Positions 19,024-28,348 of a DNA stretch of 64,000 nucleotides are shown in pieces. This DNA is from Salinispira sp. Its GTDB lineage: Bacteria > Spirochaetota > Spirochaetia > DSM-27196 > Salinispiraceae. Numbering within the stretch: position 1 is the stretch's first letter; each line of letters opens with the position of its first letter. The DNA lies in assembly GCA_965602015.1 (NCBI GenBank), contig OZ271918.1, forward strand, positions 1,952,001 through 2,016,000, in the 5' to 3' direction. The notes below the pieces were generated by a model. The model was given only the letters and a program-made list of their open reading frames with translations. It was not told the DNA's origin and ran no database searches. The position numbers and the translations under genes are program-made.

Positions 19024-20352
19024 TCAAAATACCCCGGTCTGGAGCAAGAGCGGCAGGGCTAGCGAGGCGACAATCAGTAATATAACCGGCCAGTCCGCCG
19101 CTCTGGGCAGCCGTTTCACCTGGCTGTCCCCAGCGTCCTCAGGCGGACTGTCGCTGAGCTCGAAGAGCACCCTGTCAAGCCGCTGAACCAGCCCCCCGAT
19201 GCTAGCCGCACGACGGTATTCATAAATGTGTTCGAAATACCGGAGAGTGCGGGACACCAGGTTGCCAAAGTTGCCGGGAATATGCAAATCACGGCGTATT
19301 GAGAAGAGCGAAAGGAAAACCAGACCGATTATGGTGCTCCCCCGGTAGAGCCCGGATAACAGCGCGCCTTCGGTAATGGCGAAACCGGCAATTTCTCCTA
19401 GCACCCTCCCCTGGGGTATGAGAATATGGAAAAACGTCACCGAAAGCATAAGAAAAATAAAATACGCGTAAAACAGTCGTTTTCCCGCCATAAGGGTCAA
19501 AACGCCGAGAATCACCACCTGGATGATGCGCGCAAGGGGTTCGGTCGCAAGCAAATACAGGGGAATACTGAGTACGCCGGCTGCGAAGGCCCCAGGGGTG
19601 CTCAGATGGGTAACCAGTACGGATGGAAACCTCGTCGTACGCCTCCTGGCGGTAGCAGATTTTGCAGTATCCCCGGGGTTGTTCCCTGGAGGCGAATCCT
19701 GAATGCCTGTCGCCTCGAAAAACCCGGCACCCTCCGCCGTGAGAGTCCCAAAATAACGGGAAAGGCGGGCAGGCCCATCCTTTCCTGAAACCCTGAGATA
19801 TTCACGAAAAAACCAGCGGGAACGTCGTGAAAGGATTTCGGCCAAAACGCCGATTACCATCCCGGCGGCGAATCCCAGCCCGTAAAATAGCGGGAGAATG
19901 ACCCAGGCCTGTTCCCCGAAAATCACCAGCACGGAGAACACCGACTGCACCGTATTACTGGCCAATGCACCGCCGAGGCTGATGCCAAGATAGCTGATTC
20001 GCCTGCCGGCAAGACGGTAGAGACCGTACATTATAAAAAATGAGGCAAAGGAACCGGTGAGGCTCAGGAGAAACACATAGCTGGCAAGGGTTCCGTTTAT
20101 CAGCGCCTGGCCTAGGACCTTCAAAAGAGTCAGCACTATTAATGAGGGAAAATCCAGAATGGGGAACGCCATGATAATCGGGAGATTCGCAAGGCCCAGG
20201 CGGAAAAACGGAACGGGACGGGGAAAGAGGTACTCAAGGGTGGCGGCGAACATGCTGAACGCGGCGAACAGGGCGATAGAACGCATTCGCATCTCCCGGT
20301 TGTTAATGCCTTCCCTGGCCGGACCTGGTTCTGTGGATGAATTTTTTGGCAT
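19024..20352 (-). CDS. Gx-transporter (heptaprenyl-diphosphate synthase component I-like) domain fused to an EcfT-like membrane domain
   Basis: [35 protein letters not shown] (Gx family); C-terminal [23 protein letters not shown] (EcfT-like). Start uncertain. Confidence 0.7.
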   Translation of the reverse strand: MPKNSSTEPGPAREGINNREMRMRSIALFAAFSMFAATLEYLFPRPVPFFRLGLANLPIIMAFPILDFPSLIVLTLLKVLGQALINGTLASYVFLLSLTGSFASFFIMYGLYRLAGRRISYLGISLGGALASNTVQSVFSVLVIFGEQAWVILPLFYGLGFAAGMVIGVLAEILSRRSRWFFREYLRVSGKDGPARLSRYFGTLTAEGAGFFEATGIQDSPPGNNPGDTAKSATARRRTTRFPSVLVTHLSTPGAFAAGVLSIPLYLLATEPLARIIQVVILGVLTLMAGKRLFYAYFIFLMLSVTFFHILIPQGRVLGEIAGFAITEGALLSGLYRGSTIIGLVFLSLFSIRRDLHIPGNFGNLVSRTLRYFEHIYEYRRAASIGGLVQRLDRVLFELSDSPPEDAGDSQVKRLPRAADWPVILLIVASLALPLLLQTGVF

Positions 20353-20371
20353 CGGCGCCTCAGTATCCTTT

Positions 20372-21355
20372 TTAGTGTTTTTCAAAAAATACTCCCTGAT
20401 GCCAGCCCTTTTCCTGTAAACGCCACTCAACCAGGCCCGTGAGGCGGTAATTTCTCATGTTACGCCATGAAGAATGAGAGCGCACCATAGTTGCAGGCGC
20501 GTCGGCACACAGACGGCCGATCAGTATTTCCGGCGAAAGCTGCGCCAGCACCGTTGTTAATGTATCGATATACGAGTCCACCGTCACCCCGCTTGAACGC
20601 CGAAGCTCGGCGGCCAGGGCAGAATCTCCTCCATCTGCCGCCGGCGGATTATCCGCAAGACTGCCCCAGGTGCTGCCCTGGATGAGATAGAACTGATGAA
20701 ATTTCACCATGGATACCGGGAGTCTGTTTATGTCATCGGCCGGGTTTGATTTCCCGTCCGAGCCGGGAAGCCCCAGAATCATATGAATATCCACGGGGAT
20801 TCCCCGTTCGTTGATATTGCGCACTGCATCGCGTGACTGAGCGGCGGTGCAGCCCCGGTTGGCCAGCCGCAGAACCGAATCTTCAAAGCTCTCAAGGCCC
20901 AGTTCAATGCGAATCATGGACTGACTGTAGTCCCGTGAGAGATTTTGAAAAAGCTGAAGCACATCATCGCCGATGCAATCGGGCCGGGTGCCGACAATCA
21001 GACCGCAGCAGCGGGGATGATCGAGCAACTGGCGATACCGGCTGTCCAAAAGGCTTACCGAGCCAAGGGTGCCGGTATACCCCTGTACATACGCCAGGTA
21101 CTTTTGCCCGGGATACTTGGCAGAAAACCGGGATATTCCCCGCTCCAGCTGTGTCGCCGGTGGAATGGAACTGTCGGCATTGGCGGGGAGAAAGCTTTGA
21201 GGATTGCAGTAGCTGCAGCCGCCCTGACCCGAGGGGCCGCGATTCGGACAGCTGGTCCCCAGATGGATGCTGATTTTTTGCACCCGGGATGCGAAGCGAT
21301 CTTTGAGATATTCTGAATAGTAATTGATTAGCGGTTTAGGGATTTTGCCGGGCAT
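20372..21355 (-). CDS. TIGR01212/YhcC-family radical SAM protein
   Basis: SCPNR..GGCSYC, VGTRPDC, ELGLES, HMILGLPG, KFHQ. Confidence 0.88.
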   Translation of the reverse strand: MPGKIPKPLINYYSEYLKDRFASRVQKISIHLGTSCPNRGPSGQGGCSYCNPQSFLPANADSSIPPATQLERGISRFSAKYPGQKYLAYVQGYTGTLGSVSLLDSRYRQLLDHPRCCGLIVGTRPDCIGDDVLQLFQNLSRDYSQSMIRIELGLESFEDSVLRLANRGCTAAQSRDAVRNINERGIPVDIHMILGLPGSDGKSNPADDINRLPVSMVKFHQFYLIQGSTWGSLADNPPAADGGDSALAAELRRSSGVTVDSYIDTLTTVLAQLSPEILIGRLCADAPATMVRSHSSWRNMRNYRLTGLVEWRLQEKGWHQGVFFEKH

Positions 21356-21382
21356 GGATCCAATCGGAATAAAAATAACATA

Positions 21383-21456
<74 letters not shown>

Positions 21457-21592
21457 ATAGTTAATGAAAAGAACTTAAATGAAAGGGTGCAAATCTGTCA
21501 ATAGCTGTGATTCCCGGGAAGACATAAGCCATAACGCGTTTGACCACTTCTTCCTTGCTCCGGCGATGGTGAATGTGTACAATTTGGCGCTT

Positions 21593-21829
21593 ATGAAACT
21601 CAACAGCAAAACAGGCTCATATCTGACTCGCTTCATTTTCCTAGGGGTGGTGATCGGCACCCTGAGCTGGGCGATTATCGAACGGCTGCTTAGCTTCGCC
21701 GGAATCCCTCTTGACCTGAGCATTGGCCCCCTGGGTGCGGACCTTTACGTCATCTCACTGTACTTCAGGGCAAATCCCGGCACAATTCTCGGCGCACTGC
21801 TAGGATACCGCCTGTTCATCCGCGCCTGA
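21593..21829 (+). CDS. Small membrane protein, DUF4321-like
   Basis: Hydrophobic helices and DLYVISLYFRANPGTILGALLG; sits immediately upstream of maf, as this family often does. Confidence 0.65.
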   Translation: MKLNSKTGSYLTRFIFLGVVIGTLSWAIIERLLSFAGIPLDLSIGPLGADLYVISLYFRANPGTILGALLGYRLFIRA

Positions 21830-21857
21830 TCTGAAATGACCTGTTATCCCCAGTTAT

Positions 21858-21900
21858 GAGGTAGCGACATGAAAAACAGAGGTAGCGACATGAAAAAACA
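21858..21900 (+). repeat. Tandem 21-bp duplication of the maf RBS and start codon
   Basis: gaggtagcgacatgaaaaaca followed by gaggtagcgacatgaaaaaaca; in-frame ATGs at 21869 and 21890. Confidence 0.9.
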
Positions 21901-22618
21901 GCAGATACCCTTCGTTCTTGCAAGCTCATCGCCCCAGCGGATGCGGCTTGTGGAGCAAATAGGCATTCATGCGAAGATTCTTCCAGTAGAAATCGAGGAG
22001 GACCACGATCAGGGCAGCGACGCCGCTGAACTGGTGCAAATCCTCGCCAGAGAAAAACTCGAAAAACGGCTAATGACTATCGCTTCGCCGGTCGGACAGG
22101 AGACCATGCCCGATCCCGGCGATGCGGTGATTCTCGCCGCCGATACCATCGTGGCTTTGGATCACCACAGACTTGGAAAACCCGTTGACCGGCGGCAAGC
22201 GGGAGAATTCCTCAAAGCCCTGTCAGACAGAACCCATGAGGTGCTCACCGCACAAGCGCTGTACATTCCACACCGAATACGACCCGATATACAAAAAATG
22301 AGTGGCGACGGTCTGCCGGCATTCACCACCATTGCACCCTCGGAGCTTGGCAACCTGCCCCGGGGCTACGGGGAAAACGGCATCATCGTTATGAGTACCG
22401 CAGTCACCAGAATCAGCTTGAAGGCCCTGGATGATGGGGAAATAGAGGACTATCTCTCATGGGAACAGTGGCGCGGTGCTGCCGGAGGGTATCGGGTTCA
22501 GGGCCGGGCCGGCTGCTTTCTCGATGAAATGTCCGGCTCTTATACCAATGTGGTGGGCTTGCCAATCGAAGTCTTATATGGCATACTCCGCCGAACTTCT
22601 TTTTGGGTGGATAGTTAA
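21890..22618 (+). CDS. maf: Maf-family nucleotide pyrophosphatase
   Basis: [36 protein letters not shown]. Confidence 0.92.
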   Translation: MKKQQIPFVLASSSPQRMRLVEQIGIHAKILPVEIEEDHDQGSDAAELVQILAREKLEKRLMTIASPVGQETMPDPGDAVILAADTIVALDHHRLGKPVDRRQAGEFLKALSDRTHEVLTAQALYIPHRIRPDIQKMSGDGLPAFTTIAPSELGNLPRGYGENGIIVMSTAVTRISLKALDDGEIEDYLSWEQWRGAAGGYRVQGRAGCFLDEMSGSYTNVVGLPIEVLYGILRRTSFWVDS

Positions 22619-22805
22619 CCGCCACGGCAATGTGCTGCGCACAATCGCGGAAAAGAAGAAATTTCCATATCGGCTGGAGGCCGTTCACCCGAGTGAGTGG
22701 TCACAAAAGCGGTATGAGATACAGAGAAGGCTGCGGAAACATCAGCCAGAACCCACGAGTCCGGAGCTCGGGGGTAAGCCGGAAGGTGTTCCGCGAGGAG
22801 GAAAC

Positions 22806-23771
22806 GTGGCGGTAGTCACTATGAAGAATCTCCTGGAATCAGGAGTACATTTTGGTCACCAGACAAAGCGCTGGGACCCCCGCATGAAGAAATTCATTTT
22901 CGCTGAGCGAAACGGGATTCACATCATCGACCTGCAGAAAACCATCGTATGCATCAAGGAAGCCTATGAGGCTGTCCGCAAAACTGTTCTGCAGAATAAA
23001 TCCGTGCTGTTTATCGGCACCAAAAAGCAAGCCCAGGGAGCTATCAAGGAACAAGCCGAACGCTGCGGCATGTTCTACGTAAACAACCGATGGCTCGGCG
23101 GTATGCTTACCAACTTTTCGACCATCAAGAAGTCCCTACTCAGATTAAAAAAGCTCGAGAAAATGGAAGTTGACGGCACCTTCGACAGCCTCACCAAGAA
23201 GGAGATTGCCAAACTCAATAAGGAAAAAGCCAAGCTCGAAAAGAACCTCGGCGGAATTAAGGACATGAAGGATCTTCCGGGTATCATTTTTATTATTGAC
23301 ACCCGCAAGGAAGCAATCGCGGTTGCCGAAGCCCGCAGAATGGGCATTCCCATTGTCGCGGTGGTCGACACCAACTCGAATCCCGAAGGAATCGACTATC
23401 CCATCCCCGGCAACGACGACGCAATTCGCGCCATCACCCTGTTTACCGAAATTGTGGCAAATGCCGTTGTGGAAGCCGACAATGAAGCCGGTCTCCAGGT
23501 CATCGAAAGCCTCAACGAAGACGAAGAAGTAACCGAAGCCGATGCCAATGCGGACCGTGACGAAGACGATGAAATTACCGCTCCGGTTGCCACGGTTGCC
23601 GCCCCTGAAGCTGAAGCCGAAGAAGCTTCCGACGATGAAGGCTTCGCCGCGGAAGATTATTCGGATTACACTCCGGATGACAAGGAAAAGGTCACCGTCG
23701 AAAAGCCCCGGGAAATGGAGCTTGCCGACGAAGCGGGAATCGACGAAGACAAACTCAACGAAGAAGACTAA
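22806..23771 (+). CDS. rpsB: 30S ribosomal protein S2 with acidic C-terminal tail
   Basis: [34 protein letters not shown] start after GAGGAGG. Confidence 0.98.
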   Translation: MAVVTMKNLLESGVHFGHQTKRWDPRMKKFIFAERNGIHIIDLQKTIVCIKEAYEAVRKTVLQNKSVLFIGTKKQAQGAIKEQAERCGMFYVNNRWLGGMLTNFSTIKKSLLRLKKLEKMEVDGTFDSLTKKEIAKLNKEKAKLEKNLGGIKDMKDLPGIIFIIDTRKEAIAVAEARRMGIPIVAVVDTNSNPEGIDYPIPGNDDAIRAITLFTEIVANAVVEADNEAGLQVIESLNEDEEVTEADANADRDEDDEITAPVATVAAPEAEAEEASDDEGFAAEDYSDYTPDDKEKVTVEKPREMELADEAGIDEDKLNEED

Positions 23772-23783
23772 GGAGCGTTTTAC

Positions 23784-24629
23784 ATGGCAATTAGTGCTGC
23801 TGACGTAAAAAAACTGCGGGATAAAACCGGCGCGGGAATGATGGACTGCAAGAAGGCTCTCAAGGAAGCCAACGGCGATTTCGACCGCGCTGAGGAGATC
23901 CTGAAAGAACTTGGACTCGCCGCCGTAGCCAAGCGCTCCGGCCGGGCCACAGAAGAAGGCCGGGTATTTGCCTATGTGGGCGATGAAGGCGCCGGCATCA
24001 TGGAAATTTCCTGCGAAACCGATTTCGTGGCCCGAAACGAAGAATTCGCCGCCACCGGTGCCGAGCTCGTCAAGGAAGCGGTGGTTAAGAAGCTGCCCGC
24101 CGATGACGAGGGATTGGGTGCCCAGGTCGCCGAACTGGCTGCGACAATCAAGGAAAACATGAGCGTCCGCCGTCTGGAGATCCTCGATTTAGCCGATAAC
24201 CAGCTGGCGGTGGATTATATCCACGGCGAAGCCGGAAGCCTGGGGGTCATCGTGGTTCTTGATCTTTCAGATGCTTCGCTGAAAACCAACGAAAAACTGG
24301 TAGGCATCGCCAAGGACCTGGCAATGCACGCCGCAGCGTTTAATCCCCTGTACCTCAATGAGGAAGCAGTGGATCCCGCTTACCTGGCTGATCAGGAAAA
24401 GATTTTCAAGGCTCAGGCTGAGAACATGGACAAGCCCGAAAATGTCATTCAGGGCATTATCAAGGGTAAGCTCAAGAAGCATCTCAAGGAAATCTGTTTT
24501 ACCGAACAGGGCTTTGTAAAAGATGAAAAGCGCTCGGTCAACCAGGTCCTGGCGGACCTGGGCAAGGAGTTGGGTGGTGATATCAAACTAACCAACTATC
24601 TGGTATACAGGGCCGGCGAAGAACTGTAA
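23784..24629 (+). CDS. tsf: Elongation factor Ts
   Basis: [16 protein letters not shown] and CETDFVARN. Confidence 0.98.
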   Translation: MAISAADVKKLRDKTGAGMMDCKKALKEANGDFDRAEEILKELGLAAVAKRSGRATEEGRVFAYVGDEGAGIMEISCETDFVARNEEFAATGAELVKEAVVKKLPADDEGLGAQVAELAATIKENMSVRRLEILDLADNQLAVDYIHGEAGSLGVIVVLDLSDASLKTNEKLVGIAKDLAMHAAAFNPLYLNEEAVDPAYLADQEKIFKAQAENMDKPENVIQGIIKGKLKKHLKEICFTEQGFVKDEKRSVNQVLADLGKELGGDIKLTNYLVYRAGEEL

Positions 24630-24651
24630 ACTACTGTATAATGCTATTTAA

Positions 24652-24681
24652 GGGCTCCATCAGGTCTGGTGGGGCCCATTT
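24652..24681 (+). terminator. Stem-loop between tsf and frr
   Basis: gggctccatca-ggtc-tggtggggccc followed by attt. Confidence 0.45.
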
Positions 24682-24718
24682 ACTATGCGGAACCAGTTCC
24701 GGCAACCGGAGGATTAAA

Positions 24719-25273
24719 ATGGACAGTGCATTAAAGAACCACGAAGACCGAATGAAAAAAACCATCAAGAATCTTGAAGAGGAATTTAACAATCTCAGGA
24801 CCGGCCGGGCGAGCGCGTCGCTCTTTGACAAGATCAGGGTTGATTACTACGGCACCCCTACCCCCTTGAACCAGGTTGCGAATATTTCCATTCCCGAAGC
24901 CCGCTTGGTTGTTATTCAGCCCTGGGACAAGGCCCTCATCGGCGAGATCGAAAAGGCGATTCAGAAATCCGAGCTGTCTCTCAATCCGGCAAATGACGGC
25001 AAGGTGATCAGGATCAGCATTCCGCCGCTGACGGAGGAACGCCGGAAGGAGCTGGTAAAACACGCCAAGCAGATTGCCGAAAGCAGCCGGGTAGCCATCC
25101 GAAATATCCGCCGGGACGCCAACGACGAACTGAAGAAAATGGAAAAAGCCAGCGAAATCAGCGAAGATGATTTAAAACGCGGTGAAGACAATACCCAGAA
25201 ACTGACAGATAACTATATTAAAGATATAAACGATATTCTCGATGCCAAAGAAAAGGAGATCATGGAGGTTTGA
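24719..25273 (+). CDS. frr: Ribosome recycling factor
   Basis: [30 protein letters not shown]. Confidence 0.98.
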   Translation: MDSALKNHEDRMKKTIKNLEEEFNNLRTGRASASLFDKIRVDYYGTPTPLNQVANISIPEARLVVIQPWDKALIGEIEKAIQKSELSLNPANDGKVIRISIPPLTEERRKELVKHAKQIAESSRVAIRNIRRDANDELKKMEKASEISEDDLKRGEDNTQKLTDNYIKDINDILDAKEKEIMEV

Positions 25274-25965
25274 GTTCCGGTTCCCCCCCGCTCCATCTGG
25301 GCATTATCATGGACGGTAACGGCCGTTGGGCGAGTCAGAAAAATCTGCCCCGCAGCGCCGGCCATCGGGAGGGCCTAAAAGCCGCCAAGGCCGTCGTCAA
25401 GGCCGCTCACGATCTGGGCATTCGCTATGTCACACTGTACACCTTCTCAACGGAAAACTGGAAGCGCACCGAAGAAGAAGTATCTTTTTTGATGAAGCTC
25501 CTCAAAAACAACCTTCGAAAAGAGTATCAGTTCTACTTAGACAATGATATCCGGGTTGTCCACTCGGGCGATATCAGCTCCCTTCCCGATGATATCAAAC
25601 AGGTCATTCGCGATGTAGAGAAGGATACCGAAGACTTTTCGGGCACCACCGTGAACCTGGCGATAAACTACGGCGGCAGGGACGAAATTCTGCGGGCAGT
25701 AAAAACCGCAGCAGATACACTCGGAGGGGTCGACTTGCTTGACGAGGAAACGGTCAGAGCGCATCTCGACCAGGCGGACATTCCCGATCTCGACCTGGTT
25801 GTACGCAGCGGAGGAGAACAGCGCCTCAGTAACTTCATGCTCTGGCGAAGCAGCTACTCGGAAATCTACTTTACCCACACTCTCTGGCCGGATTTTACTG
25901 CCGGGGAACTTCAAGAAATAATACACTGGTTCCAAGGCCGGAACCGACGCTATGGAGGCCTGTAA
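25270..25965 (+). CDS. uppS: Undecaprenyl/isoprenyl diphosphate synthase
   Basis: [35 protein letters not shown]. Confidence 0.97.
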   Translation: MSSGSPPLHLGIIMDGNGRWASQKNLPRSAGHREGLKAAKAVVKAAHDLGIRYVTLYTFSTENWKRTEEEVSFLMKLLKNNLRKEYQFYLDNDIRVVHSGDISSLPDDIKQVIRDVEKDTEDFSGTTVNLAINYGGRDEILRAVKTAADTLGGVDLLDEETVRAHLDQADIPDLDLVVRSGGEQRLSNFMLWRSSYSEIYFTHTLWPDFTAGELQEIIHWFQGRNRRYGGL

Positions 25966-26885
25966 TGGAAATTACGCCGCAGAACCAGAACAAAGACGAG
26001 AAAACACCCTTTCCGCAGAAGCGCGGCTCGAATTTCATCGTCCGCCTTATTCTCTTCGCGGTAGCTCTTCCGGCGATCATTGCCCTTATTTTTCTTGCCC
26101 CCGAAGCATACCTCTGGCCGCTCAATGCCGTGTTGATTCTCATTGCAGTCCCCAGCGCATTCGAAGCCGCCCGTCTTTTTGGCATGAATCCGCGAAAAAC
26201 CCTTCCGCGGACCATCGGCGTCACCCTCAACGGTCTGGGGATGCCTACGGTCGCCTTTTTATGGGTTACGGGTGTCATCCAGACAAGGATGCTCTTTCCC
26301 GTGTATACGGCCATGGCCATGGCAATTCTGTTCATCCAGGTATTCCGCCAGCAAAACAAAGTTAAAAAAATATCTCCGGGAATCGGCAAGCACCTGGCAG
26401 TTCTCGCCTATCCCGGCCTTTTAATGTCTCACCTGATAATGATTACCGCCCTGCCGAATGCCAGTCTCCTTTATATGGTCTTTATCGCGGGAGTTTTTTC
26501 TAACGATACCATGGCCTATGTGGGAGGCAGACTCTTCGGGAGGCGGAGCATACACCCGGTTCCCATCAGCCCCAATAAATCACTGGTCGGCTTTATTACC
26601 GGGTACATTTTTAGCATCATCGGGATTCTCGTGGTGTATTTCATTGACAACGCCAGTTTTCCCGGCGGCCTGCCTGCGGCCCTAACCATGGGGGCTTTGG
26701 TGGGGCTCACCACCATAGTCGGCGATTTAATAGAATCCGGCCTCAAGCGCTCGGCAAAGCAGAAAGACTCTGGAATTGCAATTCCCGGAAGAGGTGGCCT
26801 GCTGGACAGCCTGGACAGTATCTTATTCACCGCACCGGTGTTTTTCTACGCATATCAGCTTTTAAACGGCATCTGGGTAATTTAG
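25965..26885 (+). CDS. cdsA: Phosphatidate cytidylyltransferase
   Basis: ISPNKS and GDLIESGLKR..KDSG..IPGRGGLLDSLDS. Confidence 0.95.
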   Translation: MEITPQNQNKDEKTPFPQKRGSNFIVRLILFAVALPAIIALIFLAPEAYLWPLNAVLILIAVPSAFEAARLFGMNPRKTLPRTIGVTLNGLGMPTVAFLWVTGVIQTRMLFPVYTAMAMAILFIQVFRQQNKVKKISPGIGKHLAVLAYPGLLMSHLIMITALPNASLLYMVFIAGVFSNDTMAYVGGRLFGRRSIHPVPISPNKSLVGFITGYIFSIIGILVVYFIDNASFPGGLPAALTMGALVGLTTIVGDLIESGLKRSAKQKDSGIAIPGRGGLLDSLDSILFTAPVFFYAYQLLNGIWVI

Positions 26886-26955
26886 ATTGATGCTAGCCTA
26901 ATCGGATAATGCTGTTTCAAACCGGTCAAACAAACGACGATTCGAGGTACGTGCA

Positions 26956-28329
26956 ATGCAATTGATATACGGAATTATCGGTCTGGGACTTGTGGTTCTC
27001 ATCCACGAAGCGGGTCATTTTTTTGCCGCCCGGGCGGTGGGAATCAGGGTTGAGGTCTTTTCTATCGGCTGGGGCAGAAAGCTGTTTGGTTTCCGCCGGA
27101 ACGACACGGAGTACCGGATTTCCTGGATACCCTTGGGCGGCTTTGTAAAGATGAAGGGAGAAACCGCGTATCAGAGTGCCGTCGAAGAGGGCAAAGACCT
27201 GATCGACGCGGAACCGGACTCGTATTTCGGAGCGGCGCCGTGGCGGCGCATCATCGTCGCACTGGCCGGGCCCGCCATGAACCTTATTTTCGCTCTCATT
27301 GTGCTGTCGCTGATTAATCTCGGGGGATACGAGTACCGCAGTTTTTCTAACCGGATCGTTCTGAGCGATGATTTCCCCGAGTACTCCGCCATTGAAGGCC
27401 AAAGCTCGCCGGCATTGAGGGCGGGCTTGTCCTCCGGAGATCGAATTCTGGCGGTGGATCAAACTACCACGGAGAATTTTCAAATCCTCTCCCAGGAGCT
27501 CTCGACCAGGGCCCTCGATGAGGTTCAATTGACCGTTCTCAGAAACGGCGAACAGATTACCCGGACGGCGGAACTCCTCCTCGACCCGGAATCCGGGGCG
27601 GGCATACTTGGCATTTACCCGTATATAGAGCCGATAGTCGGCGGTCTGGCCGAGGGCAGTACGGGTAATCTACGCATCGGCGACCGCATCCTGAGCATAA
27701 ACGGCACCGAAGTCGGAAACAGTTACGAGGTGCGCCGTGCTCTTGATGGTATCGCCGTCGGTGCCGAACAGGTCAATGCGGATCTGGTCATCGAGCGGGA
27801 CGGAATGGCGCGTGAACTGGTCCACCCGCTGATGTACGATTCTGAGCGCAATATGTTGCTGCTCGGTTTTTACTATCAGCAGGGAACATACCGGGTAGCA
27901 TCTGACGGCATCTTCGATGCCCTGGCATCCGGATGGAATGAGGTGTGGGAAACCTTGGCCATGACCTTCAAGGGGCTGGGGCTGATGTTCCGGGGACTGA
28001 ACCCGATGAACGCCCTTTCCGGGCCGATAAAAATAACCATGATGGTCGGGGAAATTACCGCGGAAGGTCTATCTCAAGGTATCTCCACAGGAATCAGAGC
28101 CTTTTTCCACCTTTTGAGTCTTCTATCGGTAGCCCTCTTTTTCGGGAACCTGCTGCCCATTCCCGTTCTCGACGGGGGGCAGGTTATCATTTCCCTGGCC
28201 GAGATAATTAAACGTTCGCCAATAGGGACCAAGGCATTTTTCAGGTATCAGAGCATAGGCGCGGTTATCGTCTTCGCGTTGATAGCGTTTATTCTATTCG
28301 GAGATTTACTGTTTATCTTCACCAGATAA
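26956..28329 (+). CDS. rseP: RIP metalloprotease RseP
   Basis: HEAGH, LGGFVKM, AGPAMN, two PDZ-like domains, NLLPIPVLDGG. Confidence 0.95.
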   Translation: MQLIYGIIGLGLVVLIHEAGHFFAARAVGIRVEVFSIGWGRKLFGFRRNDTEYRISWIPLGGFVKMKGETAYQSAVEEGKDLIDAEPDSYFGAAPWRRIIVALAGPAMNLIFALIVLSLINLGGYEYRSFSNRIVLSDDFPEYSAIEGQSSPALRAGLSSGDRILAVDQTTTENFQILSQELSTRALDEVQLTVLRNGEQITRTAELLLDPESGAGILGIYPYIEPIVGGLAEGSTGNLRIGDRILSINGTEVGNSYEVRRALDGIAVGAEQVNADLVIERDGMARELVHPLMYDSERNMLLLGFYYQQGTYRVASDGIFDALASGWNEVWETLAMTFKGLGLMFRGLNPMNALSGPIKITMMVGEITAEGLSQGISTGIRAFFHLLSLLSVALFFGNLLPIPVLDGGQVIISLAEIIKRSPIGTKAFFRYQSIGAVIVFALIAFILFGDLLFIFTR

Positions 28330-28348
28330 CGGGTTGAGAGGTTTTTTC

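Noticed and set aside
22476..22805. 110-aa N-terminal extension of RpsB in the ORF track
   Set aside because: Overlaps maf; the true start is GTG 22806 after a strong RBS.
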